From positions 1,373 through 65,372 of the forward strand of contig WFUO01000064.1 in NCBI GenBank assembly GCA_015484945.1: a DNA stretch of 64,000 bases, given 5' to 3'. The stretch is from Gammaproteobacteria bacterium (GTDB taxonomy: Bacteria; Pseudomonadota; Gammaproteobacteria; WFUO01). The translations under genes and the position numbers were made by a program. The notes under the pieces were generated by a model. That model was given only the letters and a program-made list of their open reading frames with translations. It searched no databases and was not told where the DNA came from. Position 1 is the first letter of the stretch. Each line of letters begins with the position of its first letter. Below, piece after piece: positions 53,895-62,747 of the stretch.

Positions 53895-56800
53895 CCCTCC
53901 AGGCGCAGTGACAAAAGAATCTGCCGGCCATCCACTGTTTCCTGTCTTTTTACCTGCAGACCGGCCTGTGCCAGCAGTTTCATCAGTTCGGCCTGCGACA
54001 GATGGTTGGCCATGCCCAGTGCGGTACGGTTCCAGTCTGCAGTCAGCTCGGTGACGCAATAGCTGAGGATGACGGGTAATCCCCAGACCGACAGTTGTTG
54101 CAGAAAGCCGGCCGGGTCATTGAGATATTCCAGCACGCCCAGTACCGTGACCAGGGTGGCGTCTTCCGGGTCTGGATATTCCCCACGGTTGAAATCACAC
54201 ACCCGGGTACGATGGTCTCGTTGCACCACGTCACAGGGCAGGTAGCGGCAGCCCCCGGGCAACAGCGCTTCCAGGGTCATGGCGCCACAACCCAGGTCCA
54301 GCACCACTGCGCCTTCAGGTATCCAGCTTGCCGCAACGGCTGCCCGGCGCGCCCAGTGGGCGCTGAGGTTGTTCTCATCGTTCCAGCGTTCGATATCGGT
54401 TTCGCCACTGGCGAGTTTTGCCTGGCGTCGTTTGGCTTCCGCCATCACGCGCACCTGTTTGTCGATTTCGGTGAAGTTGGCTTTTGACAATTGCAACAGT
54501 CGTTGCCGTTGTTCCCGATCAAGTATCCAGTCAGCGGGGTTTTGCATGACCGCCTCGAAGCGCTCCATCAGTTTGCCGGCGATTTCCGGATCGCTGTCAT
54601 TCAGCGGTTCCGGGAACCCCAGCATCTGCATCAGCCCGCGCACCTTGGGTGTGTTGCTGTCCAGGGCGATCAGCGGCGTGCCGACAAAGGCCGCGGCGAT
54701 ACTGTGGTGGAAGCGGCCCGACAGCAACAAGGCGGCATCGGCGATGACCTGAAGCCATTCTCGTGTACTGCGGGCCTCATGGGTCGTCAAGCCATCGATA
54801 TCCATGTTGGACAGGGCCTGTGACAGACGCTGGTCATCTACAGCGGCATGGGCCCGTGCGCCAGTCAATAGCGTGAAGCGGTAGCCGCGCGGGCGCAGGG
54901 TATTGATGAAATTCGCCAGCATGTGCAGATAATCCTGGTTCCAGCTCACACTGCCGGCGATGACCACATGCCGGGGATCGCGTTGGCGATCGGGCAACGT
55001 GTGCGCATCGATATACAGGGGCAGGCAGTCGAAGGACTGGATCACCGGCAGTCCCAGTTGTTGCAGCAAGGCGGCGCTGACCGGTTCACGGATGGCAATG
55101 CTCGAGACCTGCTGGTAAACCTTCTTGTACAGGGCGTTGCTCAGGGTGTCGGTGATGGCGTCGCGGTCTTCCGGGTAGCAGGAATGATTGACGATATGCA
55201 CCGGTTTGCCGAAGGCCAGCCTGGCGATGTAGGCCAGATAAAGCAGGCGCAGGGCCTGTGTCCCGGTGCCATGCAGGGTGCCTTCACCATTGATGACGAT
55301 GATGTCGGCGTTGGCGATGCTCTTGATCAATTGTTCATTCTGCTTGCAGAAAAGTTGAAAAAAATCCTCCGAGTCGAACTTTTCTATGCTGTCCGGGAGT
55401 GGTGTGATTTTATTCAATAGGCTGATGGCAACGGATTCTATCGCCAGTTCCAGGTTTTCGAGCTGTGCGCGTATGGCGGTGCTGGTGCCGGTGCAGCCCC
55501 AGTGATACCAGTCGGTCGTATCATTGAGAAGCAATACTGTGGGTGATGCATCGGTGATATACCGCTTTCTTTCTGTCCGGGTATTCTGGCAAGATTCCCA
55601 TTGCTCAAGTTGTTTGCCAACTTCATCAAAGACGGGCTGCCATTCTTGTTGCCGAATCTGACGGAACAGTTTTACCGATGGATACCAGGGACTATCGTCA
55701 CGATCCCTGAACCAGCGCCAGTCGGATTGCAAGGGGAGCAATACCCAGCAGGGCTTGCCCAACGCGCCGGCCATGTGCACGGTTGAATTATCAATGGATA
55801 TGACCAGGTCCAGAGCACTGATCAGGGCAGCATGTTCCTCCAGGCTCAAAAGAGGGTCATGTTCATCCCAGTCATGAATGATGATTCCCGTCCGTTCATG
55901 GAATGCTATGAGCTCCTCCTTGCAGTCGCCATACTGCAGATTGATTGCAATGATGTTGGGGAGCTTCAGAATGGGCAACCAGTCTTCCAGCGTGACAGAA
56001 CGTTTGCGCTGGTTGTCATCCGTCGCGCCTCCACGCCAGGTGATACCCACCTTGATACCATTACCCAGACTGGCGAGTCGCTCCTGCCAGAATGTAACCC
56101 GTTGCGGATCCGGTTCAAGATAGCCTGAGTGTGACGGAAAAGCATTGGGAGAAAGACGATATAAAGCGGGCAGGCTGCCACAACCAATGACGAAATCGGG
56201 ATTGTACGTTGTTACAGTATCTGTTTGTAGCGGGGCAGGCAGCACGGTGATATCCGGAAAAGATCGCTGCAATAATGGTGCTAGTCGTGATTCACATTCC
56301 AAAGTGACTGTCGAAGCTTCGGATTTCAGTTGTTCCAGGCAGCCAGCAAACATGATCTCGTCACCGATACCCTGTTCACGGGTGACCAGCACCCGCTTGT
56401 TTATCAGGTTTTCACCCGGATACCAGGGTTTGCAACCGTACCAGTGTGGATGATCGAGATGTCTGACCTTGTGGCGCCATTCATATTCCAGCCAGCCTTC
56501 GTCAAAACGTTGTTCTGTCAGCAATGCCAGGGCCATTTGCCAATGTGCTTCTGCCAATACTCGGTCATTGCCGTTTTCTTGCCGTCGCATGACTTCCGCG
56601 AAGCACGCCATGGCACGCCTGGTATTGCCGGTCAGTTTCCAGGCATTGCCTAGATTGGTGCGTGCTTCGTCGAAATCGGGTTTCAATGCTATGGCCTTTT
56701 CATATGCTGTGATAGCCTGTTCCAGGCGGCCCAGCTTGCGTTCACATTCGCCCAGGTTGTTCCATGCACCGAACAGTCCCGGATCGAGTTCGATGGCCTT

Positions 56801-57214
56801 GAGGTGATGTTTGCGGGCCTGCGGAATGTCACCGGATTGCTGATAGACGACGCCGAGGTTGTCATGTGCCGCGGCCATATTCGGCGCCAGACGCAGGCAG
56901 TCGAGGTAGGCCTTGCGCGCGCCTTCATTGTCGCCTGCTATCTGCCGGAACATGCCGAGCTGGTAGAGGATGTGAGGATTGTGTGGCGAACTGGCATGCG
57001 CGCGTTCCGTCCACTCGAGGGCCTCATGGCTGTGACCCTGGCGCTGGGCGATCTGACCCAGTTGCAGCAGCGCATCGGCCTGTTCGGGGTAGCGTTTCAA
57101 TAATGCGCGCAAGCGTTTGGCGGCCTGTTTGTCACGCCCTTTGCGTTGTTCTTCCACGGCCTGTCGCAGGGCCTTGTGCAGATACTTGTCGATTTGCGCT
57201 GTCTGGCTGCTCAA
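53885..57214 (-). CDS. 1109-aa multidomain enzyme: TPR repeats + GT9-like glycosyltransferase + polysaccharide pyruvyl-transferase-like domain + class I SAM methyltransferase
   Basis: TPR spans aa ~40-230 (ALLQLGQIAQRQG..., AYEKAIALKPDFDEA). The GT9-like domain carries VLVTREQGIGDEIMF...DLVISIDNSTVHMAGALGKPCWVLL. The pyruvyl-transferase-like domain carries IIVINGEGTLHG...LLLSGRFHHSIAAAFVGTPLIAL. The methyltransferase carries VVLDLGCGAMTLE. Confidence 0.8.
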   Translation of the reverse strand: MSSQTAQIDKYLHKALRQAVEEQRKGRDKQAAKRLRALLKRYPEQADALLQLGQIAQRQGHSHEALEWTERAHASSPHNPHILYQLGMFRQIAGDNEGARKAYLDCLRLAPNMAAAHDNLGVVYQQSGDIPQARKHHLKAIELDPGLFGAWNNLGECERKLGRLEQAITAYEKAIALKPDFDEARTNLGNAWKLTGNTRRAMACFAEVMRRQENGNDRVLAEAHWQMALALLTEQRFDEGWLEYEWRHKVRHLDHPHWYGCKPWYPGENLINKRVLVTREQGIGDEIMFAGCLEQLKSEASTVTLECESRLAPLLQRSFPDITVLPAPLQTDTVTTYNPDFVIGCGSLPALYRLSPNAFPSHSGYLEPDPQRVTFWQERLASLGNGIKVGITWRGGATDDNQRKRSVTLEDWLPILKLPNIIAINLQYGDCKEELIAFHERTGIIIHDWDEHDPLLSLEEHAALISALDLVISIDNSTVHMAGALGKPCWVLLPLQSDWRWFRDRDDSPWYPSVKLFRQIRQQEWQPVFDEVGKQLEQWESCQNTRTERKRYITDASPTVLLLNDTTDWYHWGCTGTSTAIRAQLENLELAIESVAISLLNKITPLPDSIEKFDSEDFFQLFCKQNEQLIKSIANADIIVINGEGTLHGTGTQALRLLYLAYIARLAFGKPVHIVNHSCYPEDRDAITDTLSNALYKKVYQQVSSIAIREPVSAALLQQLGLPVIQSFDCLPLYIDAHTLPDRQRDPRHVVIAGSVSWNQDYLHMLANFINTLRPRGYRFTLLTGARAHAAVDDQRLSQALSNMDIDGLTTHEARSTREWLQVIADAALLLSGRFHHSIAAAFVGTPLIALDSNTPKVRGLMQMLGFPEPLNDSDPEIAGKLMERFEAVMQNPADWILDREQRQRLLQLSKANFTEIDKQVRVMAEAKRRQAKLASGETDIERWNDENNLSAHWARRAAVAASWIPEGAVVLDLGCGAMTLEALLPGGCRYLPCDVVQRDHRTRVCDFNRGEYPDPEDATLVTVLGVLEYLNDPAGFLQQLSVWGLPVILSYCVTELTADWNRTALGMANHLSQAELMKLLAQAGLQVKRQETVDGRQILLSLRLEGQR

Positions 57215-57251
57215 TTACATACTCCGTCACTGAAACGTCATCATCGGTTAT

Positions 57252-57267
57252 CTGGCACATTTCATGC
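57252..57267 (+). promoter_or_regulatory. Sigma-54 promoter upstream of the PilZ-like gene
   Basis: TGGCAC-atttc-ATGCA with GG-N10-GC spacing, ~78 nt before ATG 57345. It is followed by the palindrome GCATGCC-G-GGCATGC at 57288-57302. Confidence 0.6.
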
Positions 57268-57344
57268 AGGATATATGCCATACCTTGGGCATGCCGGGCA
57301 TGCAAATGAACTGGGTCCTGTCATACTGAACAAGATGGAGTACG

Positions 57345-57917
57345 ATGAACGCGGATAACGAAAATACACATCCGGGCGGTGAAGGCCTGTGTTACGAGGA
57401 ACGGCTGCCGCTGGCCTGGCAGCCGGGAGACGATGCGGTACGGACCGATGATCATGTTCAGTCTCTGAACGAGAGCCTCATGCAGCATCTGGAGGCCCTG
57501 GAAACCCATCCCGATACCGAAGAGCGGAGCAACCATCCCGAGCTGTTGCGTCTGGAGCGCAAGATCGACATTTTGCTGGCCACGCTTGGCAGGATTCGCG
57601 CGGCCCAGCTGCCAATGCCGGCGGCCACCGATATCGCGCTGTATGCCGATGGCCTGGCCTGGGTCGCAGGCGATGACGGATCATTGAGCGTTGGTAGCCA
57701 GGGGAGTGTGGCGCTGTATCTCGATCCGGTGTTGCCCGATCCATTGCGTCTGGCCGGGACCGTCGAGCGTATCGGGGAGGATGACAAGGGAAGGCGCTGG
57801 GTCTTTTTGCGCTTCACCGATCCGGGCGAAACCCTGCGCGATGCCATCGAGCGTATGATCTTCCGCCATCACCGGCGCGCCGTGGCACAGGCGCGCTCCC
57901 GGCACCGCCACGACTGA
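57345..57917 (+). CDS. Hypothetical protein with an atypical PilZ-like C-terminal domain
   Basis: 190 aa. The C-terminus ...LRLAGTVERIGEDDKGRRWVFLRFTDPGETLRDAIERMIFRHHRRAV resembles the end of PilZ beta-barrel domains. The N-terminal RxxxR motif is only approximate (LRLERK). Confidence 0.4.
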   Translation: MNADNENTHPGGEGLCYEERLPLAWQPGDDAVRTDDHVQSLNESLMQHLEALETHPDTEERSNHPELLRLERKIDILLATLGRIRAAQLPMPAATDIALYADGLAWVAGDDGSLSVGSQGSVALYLDPVLPDPLRLAGTVERIGEDDKGRRWVFLRFTDPGETLRDAIERMIFRHHRRAVAQARSRHRHD

Positions 57918-58020
57918 TTCGCCGGGTTGTCCGGTGCCTCTTCACCAGCGCCGTAACACGGAATTTACATGCTTTTGACGCATCGGTGCATGCGAGTCCG
58001 TCTTTTTTGCTGTCAGAATT

Positions 58021-58049
58021 TTGACATCCGGGCCCTGCAATGCTTAACT
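58021..58049 (+). promoter_or_regulatory. Candidate sigma-70 promoter of fleQ
   Basis: TTGACA, a 17-nt spacer, then TTAACT. The -10 element is weak. Confidence 0.3.
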
Positions 58050-58110
58050 TGCGGATATTCCATGAAAAGCGGCCGGAAAAACGGCCGCCCGACAAGCTTC
58101 AGGATACGAG

Positions 58111-59586
58111 ATGACAGCCCAGAAACAGCCATCCAGTACAGCCGATACCACGCCTGAGACCATGCCGGAAAGCAAGGTGCTGATCTATGACACCCAACCA
58201 CAACGGGCGGCCGAACTCGCCATCGTGCTGAGGTTCATCGAACACCAGCCGGTGGTGGTGAAAGCGGCGACGGAACTGAAGCAACGGATGACAGAGGGCC
58301 CGTTCACGGCGGTGGTCATCGGTGACGACGGCAGTACCGAGAACCAGGATGCGATGCTGGCCGAGGTACGCAAGCATGACAAGGACGTGCCGGTCTTTTA
58401 TGCCATTGAGCGTGAGCGCGAGACAGAGGCACATACCGGCGAGTTGCGTGATATTCTGGGTTATATCGAGATTCCGTATCACTATGGCAATCTGTCCAGC
58501 GCGCTGGACAAGGCCGCCCTGTACTGGCGCAGCCGGGGCAACGAGTCGGGCGGCCGGCGCTCGCTGGAGCTGTTTCGCAGTCTGGTTGGCACCAGCCGCA
58601 GGGTCAGTGCGGTGCGTCACATGATCGAACAGGTGGCGCCCACCGAGGCCACGGTGCTGATCCTGGGTGAGTCCGGTACCGGCAAGGAGGTCGTGGCGCG
58701 CAACATCCACTACCAGTCGTCGCGCCGTGACGCGCCGTTCGTGCCCATCAACTGCGGCGCCATTCCGCAGGAACTGCTAGAGTCCGAATTGTTCGGTCAC
58801 GAAAAGGGCGCCTTTACCGGCGCCATCAGCGCGCGCCAGGGCCGCTTCGAGATGGCCGAGGGAGGCACGCTGTTCCTGGACGAGATCGGCGACATGCCGT
58901 TGCCGATGCAGGTCAAGCTGTTGCGTGTATTGCAAGAGAAGACCTTTGAACGCGTGGGCAGCAACAAGAGCATCACCACCAATGTGCGCATCATCGCCGC
59001 CACCCATCGTGACCTCGAGAAGCATATCGAGGATGGGCGCTTTCGCGAGGACCTGTTCTATCGCCTGAACGTGTTTCCGATCGAGATGCCCCCGTTGCGC
59101 GAGCGCATCGAGGACATACCGATGCTGATCAACGAGCTGATCGCGCGTATCGAGCATGAAAAACGCGGCTCGGTGCGGCTTACCCCGGCCGCGGTCATGG
59201 CCCTGTGTCAATACCGGTGGCCCGGCAACGTACGCGAGCTGGCCAATTTGATGGAGCGCCTGGCCATTTTGTATCCCTTTGGTGTGGTCGATGTGAAGGA
59301 CCTGCCGGACAAGTTCCGTGGCGACCTGACCAGCACCACGCCAGCCTATACCGAGATGCCGGAGATCGTCATGCCAGCCATCAGCCCGGCACCGGATGCG
59401 CGCTTGCCGCGAGAAGGGATCAATTTGAAGGAACACCTGAGCAACATGGAAGTGAGCCTGATTCGCCAGGCCCTGGACGAGGCGGATGGCGTGGTGGCGC
59501 ATGCGGCCAAATTGCTCAACATGCGGCGCACCACGCTGGTCGAAAAATTGCGCAAATACGGCATCCAGAACGCGTCGGGGAATTGA
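58111..59586 (+). CDS. fleQ: Sigma-54-dependent flagellar master regulator FleQ/FlrA
   Basis: A FleQ-type N-terminal domain, AAA+ (GESGTGKEVVARNIH, GAFTGA, ...LFLDEIGDM), and a C-terminal Fis-type HTH (AAKLLNMRRTTLVEKLRKYGI). Confidence 0.92.
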   Translation: MTAQKQPSSTADTTPETMPESKVLIYDTQPQRAAELAIVLRFIEHQPVVVKAATELKQRMTEGPFTAVVIGDDGSTENQDAMLAEVRKHDKDVPVFYAIERERETEAHTGELRDILGYIEIPYHYGNLSSALDKAALYWRSRGNESGGRRSLELFRSLVGTSRRVSAVRHMIEQVAPTEATVLILGESGTGKEVVARNIHYQSSRRDAPFVPINCGAIPQELLESELFGHEKGAFTGAISARQGRFEMAEGGTLFLDEIGDMPLPMQVKLLRVLQEKTFERVGSNKSITTNVRIIAATHRDLEKHIEDGRFREDLFYRLNVFPIEMPPLRERIEDIPMLINELIARIEHEKRGSVRLTPAAVMALCQYRWPGNVRELANLMERLAILYPFGVVDVKDLPDKFRGDLTSTTPAYTEMPEIVMPAISPAPDARLPREGINLKEHLSNMEVSLIRQALDEADGVVAHAAKLLNMRRTTLVEKLRKYGIQNASGN

Positions 59587-59641
59587 CGCGGCATTTCTGG
59601 CTTACTCGTTATCTGATTGATTATCCATGTAATTACCGTTC

Positions 59642-59657
59642 AGGCATGATTATTGCT
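59642..59657 (+). promoter_or_regulatory. Candidate sigma-54 promoter of fleSR
   Basis: AGGCAT-gatta-TTGCT with GG-N10-GC spacing, ~42 nt before the fleS ATG. Confidence 0.55.
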
Positions 59658-59698
59658 CTGCTATCGCCAGTGTCAGAACAAGCGATAGCGGAGCGAGA

Positions 59699-60946
59699 AT
59701 GTCACAACACGGTGCCGAAGCCAGGGTACGCGAGCTCGAAGATGCCTTTGCCGCCTTCACGCGCATGTCCTCGCAGCTGGAGGATTCCTACCGCGCCCTG
59801 GAAGACAAGGTCGCGCGCCTGAATGACGAACTCGCCGCGGCGCGCAGCGAGCGTCTGCGGCAGCTGGCCGAGAAAGAGAAGATTGCCAACCGTCTCGAAC
59901 GCCTGCTGGAACTGTTGCCCGGTGGTGTGGTGGTGCTGGACGGCGACGGCATCGTCAGGGAATGCAACCCGGCTGCGGTCGAACTGCTGCATCAGCCATT
60001 ACTGGGCGAGCCGTGGCGCAATATCGTCGAGCGCGAGTTCGAGCCCAGCAACGACGGCAGCGAGGTGACGCTGGCTTCGGGACGCAGGGTCAGCATCAGC
60101 ACACGTTCGCTGGCGCCCGAGGCCGGTCAGATCGTACTGCTGATGGATGTTACCGAACGTTACGCCCTGCAGGACATGCTCAACCATCACCGGCGGCTCT
60201 CAGCCATGGGCGAGATGGCCGCCAGTCTGGCGCACCAGGTACGTACACCCCTGGCCTCGGCCCTTTTGTATCTGGGCAATCTGCAGAACCCCGGGCTCAA
60301 TGCCGAGGCGCGTCAGCGTTTTGCCGCCAAGGCCATCGATCGCCTTCGTCATCTCGAGGGCATGGTTGGCGAAATGCTGCGTTTCGCACGCGGCGGCAGT
60401 TTCGAGATGGAAGACATCGATCTCACGGAACTGCTCGCCGAATGGGAACAGACCCTGCGCCCGCAAGCCGAAGCCGGAAACGCCAGTCTGAGCGTCGGCT
60501 GCACAGGCAGCGGTCCGTTCACATTGCAGGGCAATCGTGATGCCCTGCTCGGCGCCTTGCTCAACCTGGGCAGCAATGCCATCGAGGCGGCCGGTGAGGC
60601 AGGGCGGATCGAAATGGAACTGGCCACTACGCCGGACGGCGGGATCGTCCTGCGTCTGACCGACAACGGCAGCGGAATTGCGCCAGAGGATCGCGAGCGT
60701 ATCTTCACACCCTTTTACACGACCAAGAGCGAGGGGACCGGGCTGGGCCTGGCCATCGTCAAGGTCATCGTCAACGCCCATCAGGGACGGATCTCGGTTG
60801 AAGACGCCCCGCAGGGCGGCGCCTGTTTCGTCATTCGCCTGCCTTCGGCCAGCGGCCAGCAGACACTGGACGCCTCGGCCACATTGAGGGGCAGCAGGGA
60901 TTCCCTGATTTCCATGAACAGCAGCATTGAAGAGGTAGCCCGATGA
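59699..60946 (+). CDS. fleS: Cytoplasmic PAS sensor histidine kinase FleS/FlrB
   Basis: PAS (GVVVLDGDGIVRECNPAA), H-box MGEMAASLAHQVRTPLAS, HATPase GTGLGLAIVKVIVNAHQG. No TM segments. Confidence 0.9.
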   Translation: MSQHGAEARVRELEDAFAAFTRMSSQLEDSYRALEDKVARLNDELAAARSERLRQLAEKEKIANRLERLLELLPGGVVVLDGDGIVRECNPAAVELLHQPLLGEPWRNIVEREFEPSNDGSEVTLASGRRVSISTRSLAPEAGQIVLLMDVTERYALQDMLNHHRRLSAMGEMAASLAHQVRTPLASALLYLGNLQNPGLNAEARQRFAAKAIDRLRHLEGMVGEMLRFARGGSFEMEDIDLTELLAEWEQTLRPQAEAGNASLSVGCTGSGPFTLQGNRDALLGALLNLGSNAIEAAGEAGRIEMELATTPDGGIVLRLTDNGSGIAPEDRERIFTPFYTTKSEGTGLGLAIVKVIVNAHQGRISVEDAPQGGACFVIRLPSASGQQTLDASATLRGSRDSLISMNSSIEEVAR

Positions 60947-62307
60947 AAGGATCGGTACTGGTTGTCGAAGACGATCTGTCACTGCGCGAGGCGCTATGCG
61001 ATACCCTGGAACTGGCCGGTTATCCGGTGATACCGGCTGCCGACGGGCGTCAGGCGCTTAGCGTGATCGATCAGCAGGATATCAGCATGGTGGTCAGCGA
61101 TGTGCAGATGAAACCGGTCGATGGTCACCGCCTGCTGAAGTCGATCAAGGCCAGGCATCCGGAACTGCCGGTGGTGTTGATGACTGCCTACGGTACCATT
61201 CAGAAGGCGGTCGAGGCCATCCATGATGGCGCCACCGACTACCTGGTCAAACCCTTCGAGGCCGAGGTGCTGGTCGAGATGGTCAACCGTCTGCTGGCAC
61301 GGCCCGGCATCGAGGACGACCCGGAGCTGATCGCGGTGGACGAGCGTAGCCGGGCGCTGGTATCACTGGCCGCGCGCGTGGCCCAGAGCGATGCCACGGT
61401 GCTGATCACCGGTGAGAGCGGCGCCGGGAAGGAGGTCTATGCCAGCTACATCCACCGCCACTCGCCACGTCACGACAAGCCCTTCATCGCCATCAACTGC
61501 GCCGCGATACCCGAGAACATGCTCGAGGCCATGCTGTTCGGCCACGAAAAGGGCGCCTTCACCGGGGCCTATCATGCCGCGGCCGGCAAGTTCGAGCAGG
61601 CCAATGGCGGCACCTTGTTACTGGACGAGATATCCGAGATGGGACTGCCGCTGCAGGCCAAGCTGCTGCGCGTTTTGCAGGAACGCGAGGTCGAGCGTCT
61701 GGGTGGGCGCGAAGTGATTCCGCTGGATGTGCGCGTGATCGCCACTTCCAACCGCAGCCTGCAGCAGGAGGTGGCCGAGGGCCGTTTCCGCGAGGATCTG
61801 TTCTACCGTTTGAGCGTGTTTCCACTGCATCTGGCGGCCCTGCGCGAACGGCCTGATGACATCCTGCCATTGGCCGAGGCGCTGATACTCAAGCGCAACC
61901 GCAAGCCAAAACCGCCGCACCTGAGCGAGGCGGCCCGGCGCCTGCTGGTCGAATACCCGTGGCCCGGCAACGTGCGTGAACTGGACAATGTCATCCAGCG
62001 CGCGCTGATCCTTCAGGAGGGAGATGTCATCGAGCCCGACAACATCCGTTTCGAGGGTGTGACTGTTTCGAATGACAAGCCGGTTTCGGTGGTGACGACG
62101 TCGGCCGGTACAGTAAAGTCGGCCGACGAGGACGAGGGTGAGCTGGATACCAGCCTCAAGTCGCGCGAGCAACGCCTGATCCTCAAGGCGTTGGAAGAAG
62201 TCAACGGCAGTCGCAAGGCCGCCGCCGAACGTCTTGGCATCAGTCCGCGCACGTTGCGTTACAAGCTGGCGCGCATGCGCGAGGCCGGCATCCAGTTGCC
62301 GGCCTGA
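60943..62307 (+). CDS. fleR: Sigma-54-dependent response regulator FleR/FlrC
   Basis: REC ([12 protein letters not shown]...[12 protein letters not shown]), AAA+ ([21 protein letters not shown]), HTH ([16 protein letters not shown]). It overlaps the fleS stop by 4 nt. Confidence 0.93.
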   Translation: MKGSVLVVEDDLSLREALCDTLELAGYPVIPAADGRQALSVIDQQDISMVVSDVQMKPVDGHRLLKSIKARHPELPVVLMTAYGTIQKAVEAIHDGATDYLVKPFEAEVLVEMVNRLLARPGIEDDPELIAVDERSRALVSLAARVAQSDATVLITGESGAGKEVYASYIHRHSPRHDKPFIAINCAAIPENMLEAMLFGHEKGAFTGAYHAAAGKFEQANGGTLLLDEISEMGLPLQAKLLRVLQEREVERLGGREVIPLDVRVIATSNRSLQQEVAEGRFREDLFYRLSVFPLHLAALRERPDDILPLAEALILKRNRKPKPPHLSEAARRLLVEYPWPGNVRELDNVIQRALILQEGDVIEPDNIRFEGVTVSNDKPVSVVTTSAGTVKSADEDEGELDTSLKSREQRLILKALEEVNGSRKAAAERLGISPRTLRYKLARMREAGIQLPA

Positions 62308-62318
62308 GGCATATGAAT

Positions 62319-62334
62319 TGGTGCGAAAACTGCA
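62319..62334 (+). promoter_or_regulatory. Sigma-54 promoter of fliE-fliF...
   Basis: TGGTGC-gaaaa-CTGCA with GG-N10-GC spacing, ~52 nt before the fliE ATG. Confidence 0.6.
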
Positions 62335-62385
62335 TGTTATTCGTGCAAGCCGACAGCAATACCAGGATCGAGGTGGAGAAAGACC

Positions 62386-62703
62386 ATGAGTGAAACAGAG
62401 ATTTCCCAGGTACTGGCGCAGATGCGGGTCATGGCCGCCAAGGCGCAGGGCATCAGCGAGCCGGTCCAGGCGCCCGATGGCGGTGGTTTCTCGGATCTGC
62501 TCAAACAGTCGCTGGATGCCGTCAACGAGACCCAGCAGCAGGCCGGCAAGCTGACAGCCGCGTTCGAACGGGGCGACCCGGATACCAGTCTGGTGGAGGT
62601 CATGATTGCCTTGCAGAAGGCCAGTGTTTCGTTCAAGGCCATGACCCAGGTGCGCAACAAGCTGGTGGATGCGTATCAGGAAATCATGCGCATGCAGGTA
62701 TAG
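62386..62703 (+). CDS. fliE: Flagellar hook-basal body complex protein FliE
   Basis: FSDLLKQSLDAVNETQQQAGKLTAAFERGDPDTSLVEVMIALQKASVSFKAMTQVRNKLVDAYQEIMRMQV. Confidence 0.95.
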   Translation: MSETEISQVLAQMRVMAAKAQGISEPVQAPDGGGFSDLLKQSLDAVNETQQQAGKLTAAFERGDPDTSLVEVMIALQKASVSFKAMTQVRNKLVDAYQEIMRMQV

Positions 62704-62747
62704 CCATCCATGTCAGTGAACTGAATCGACGACAGGAATAGACAATC

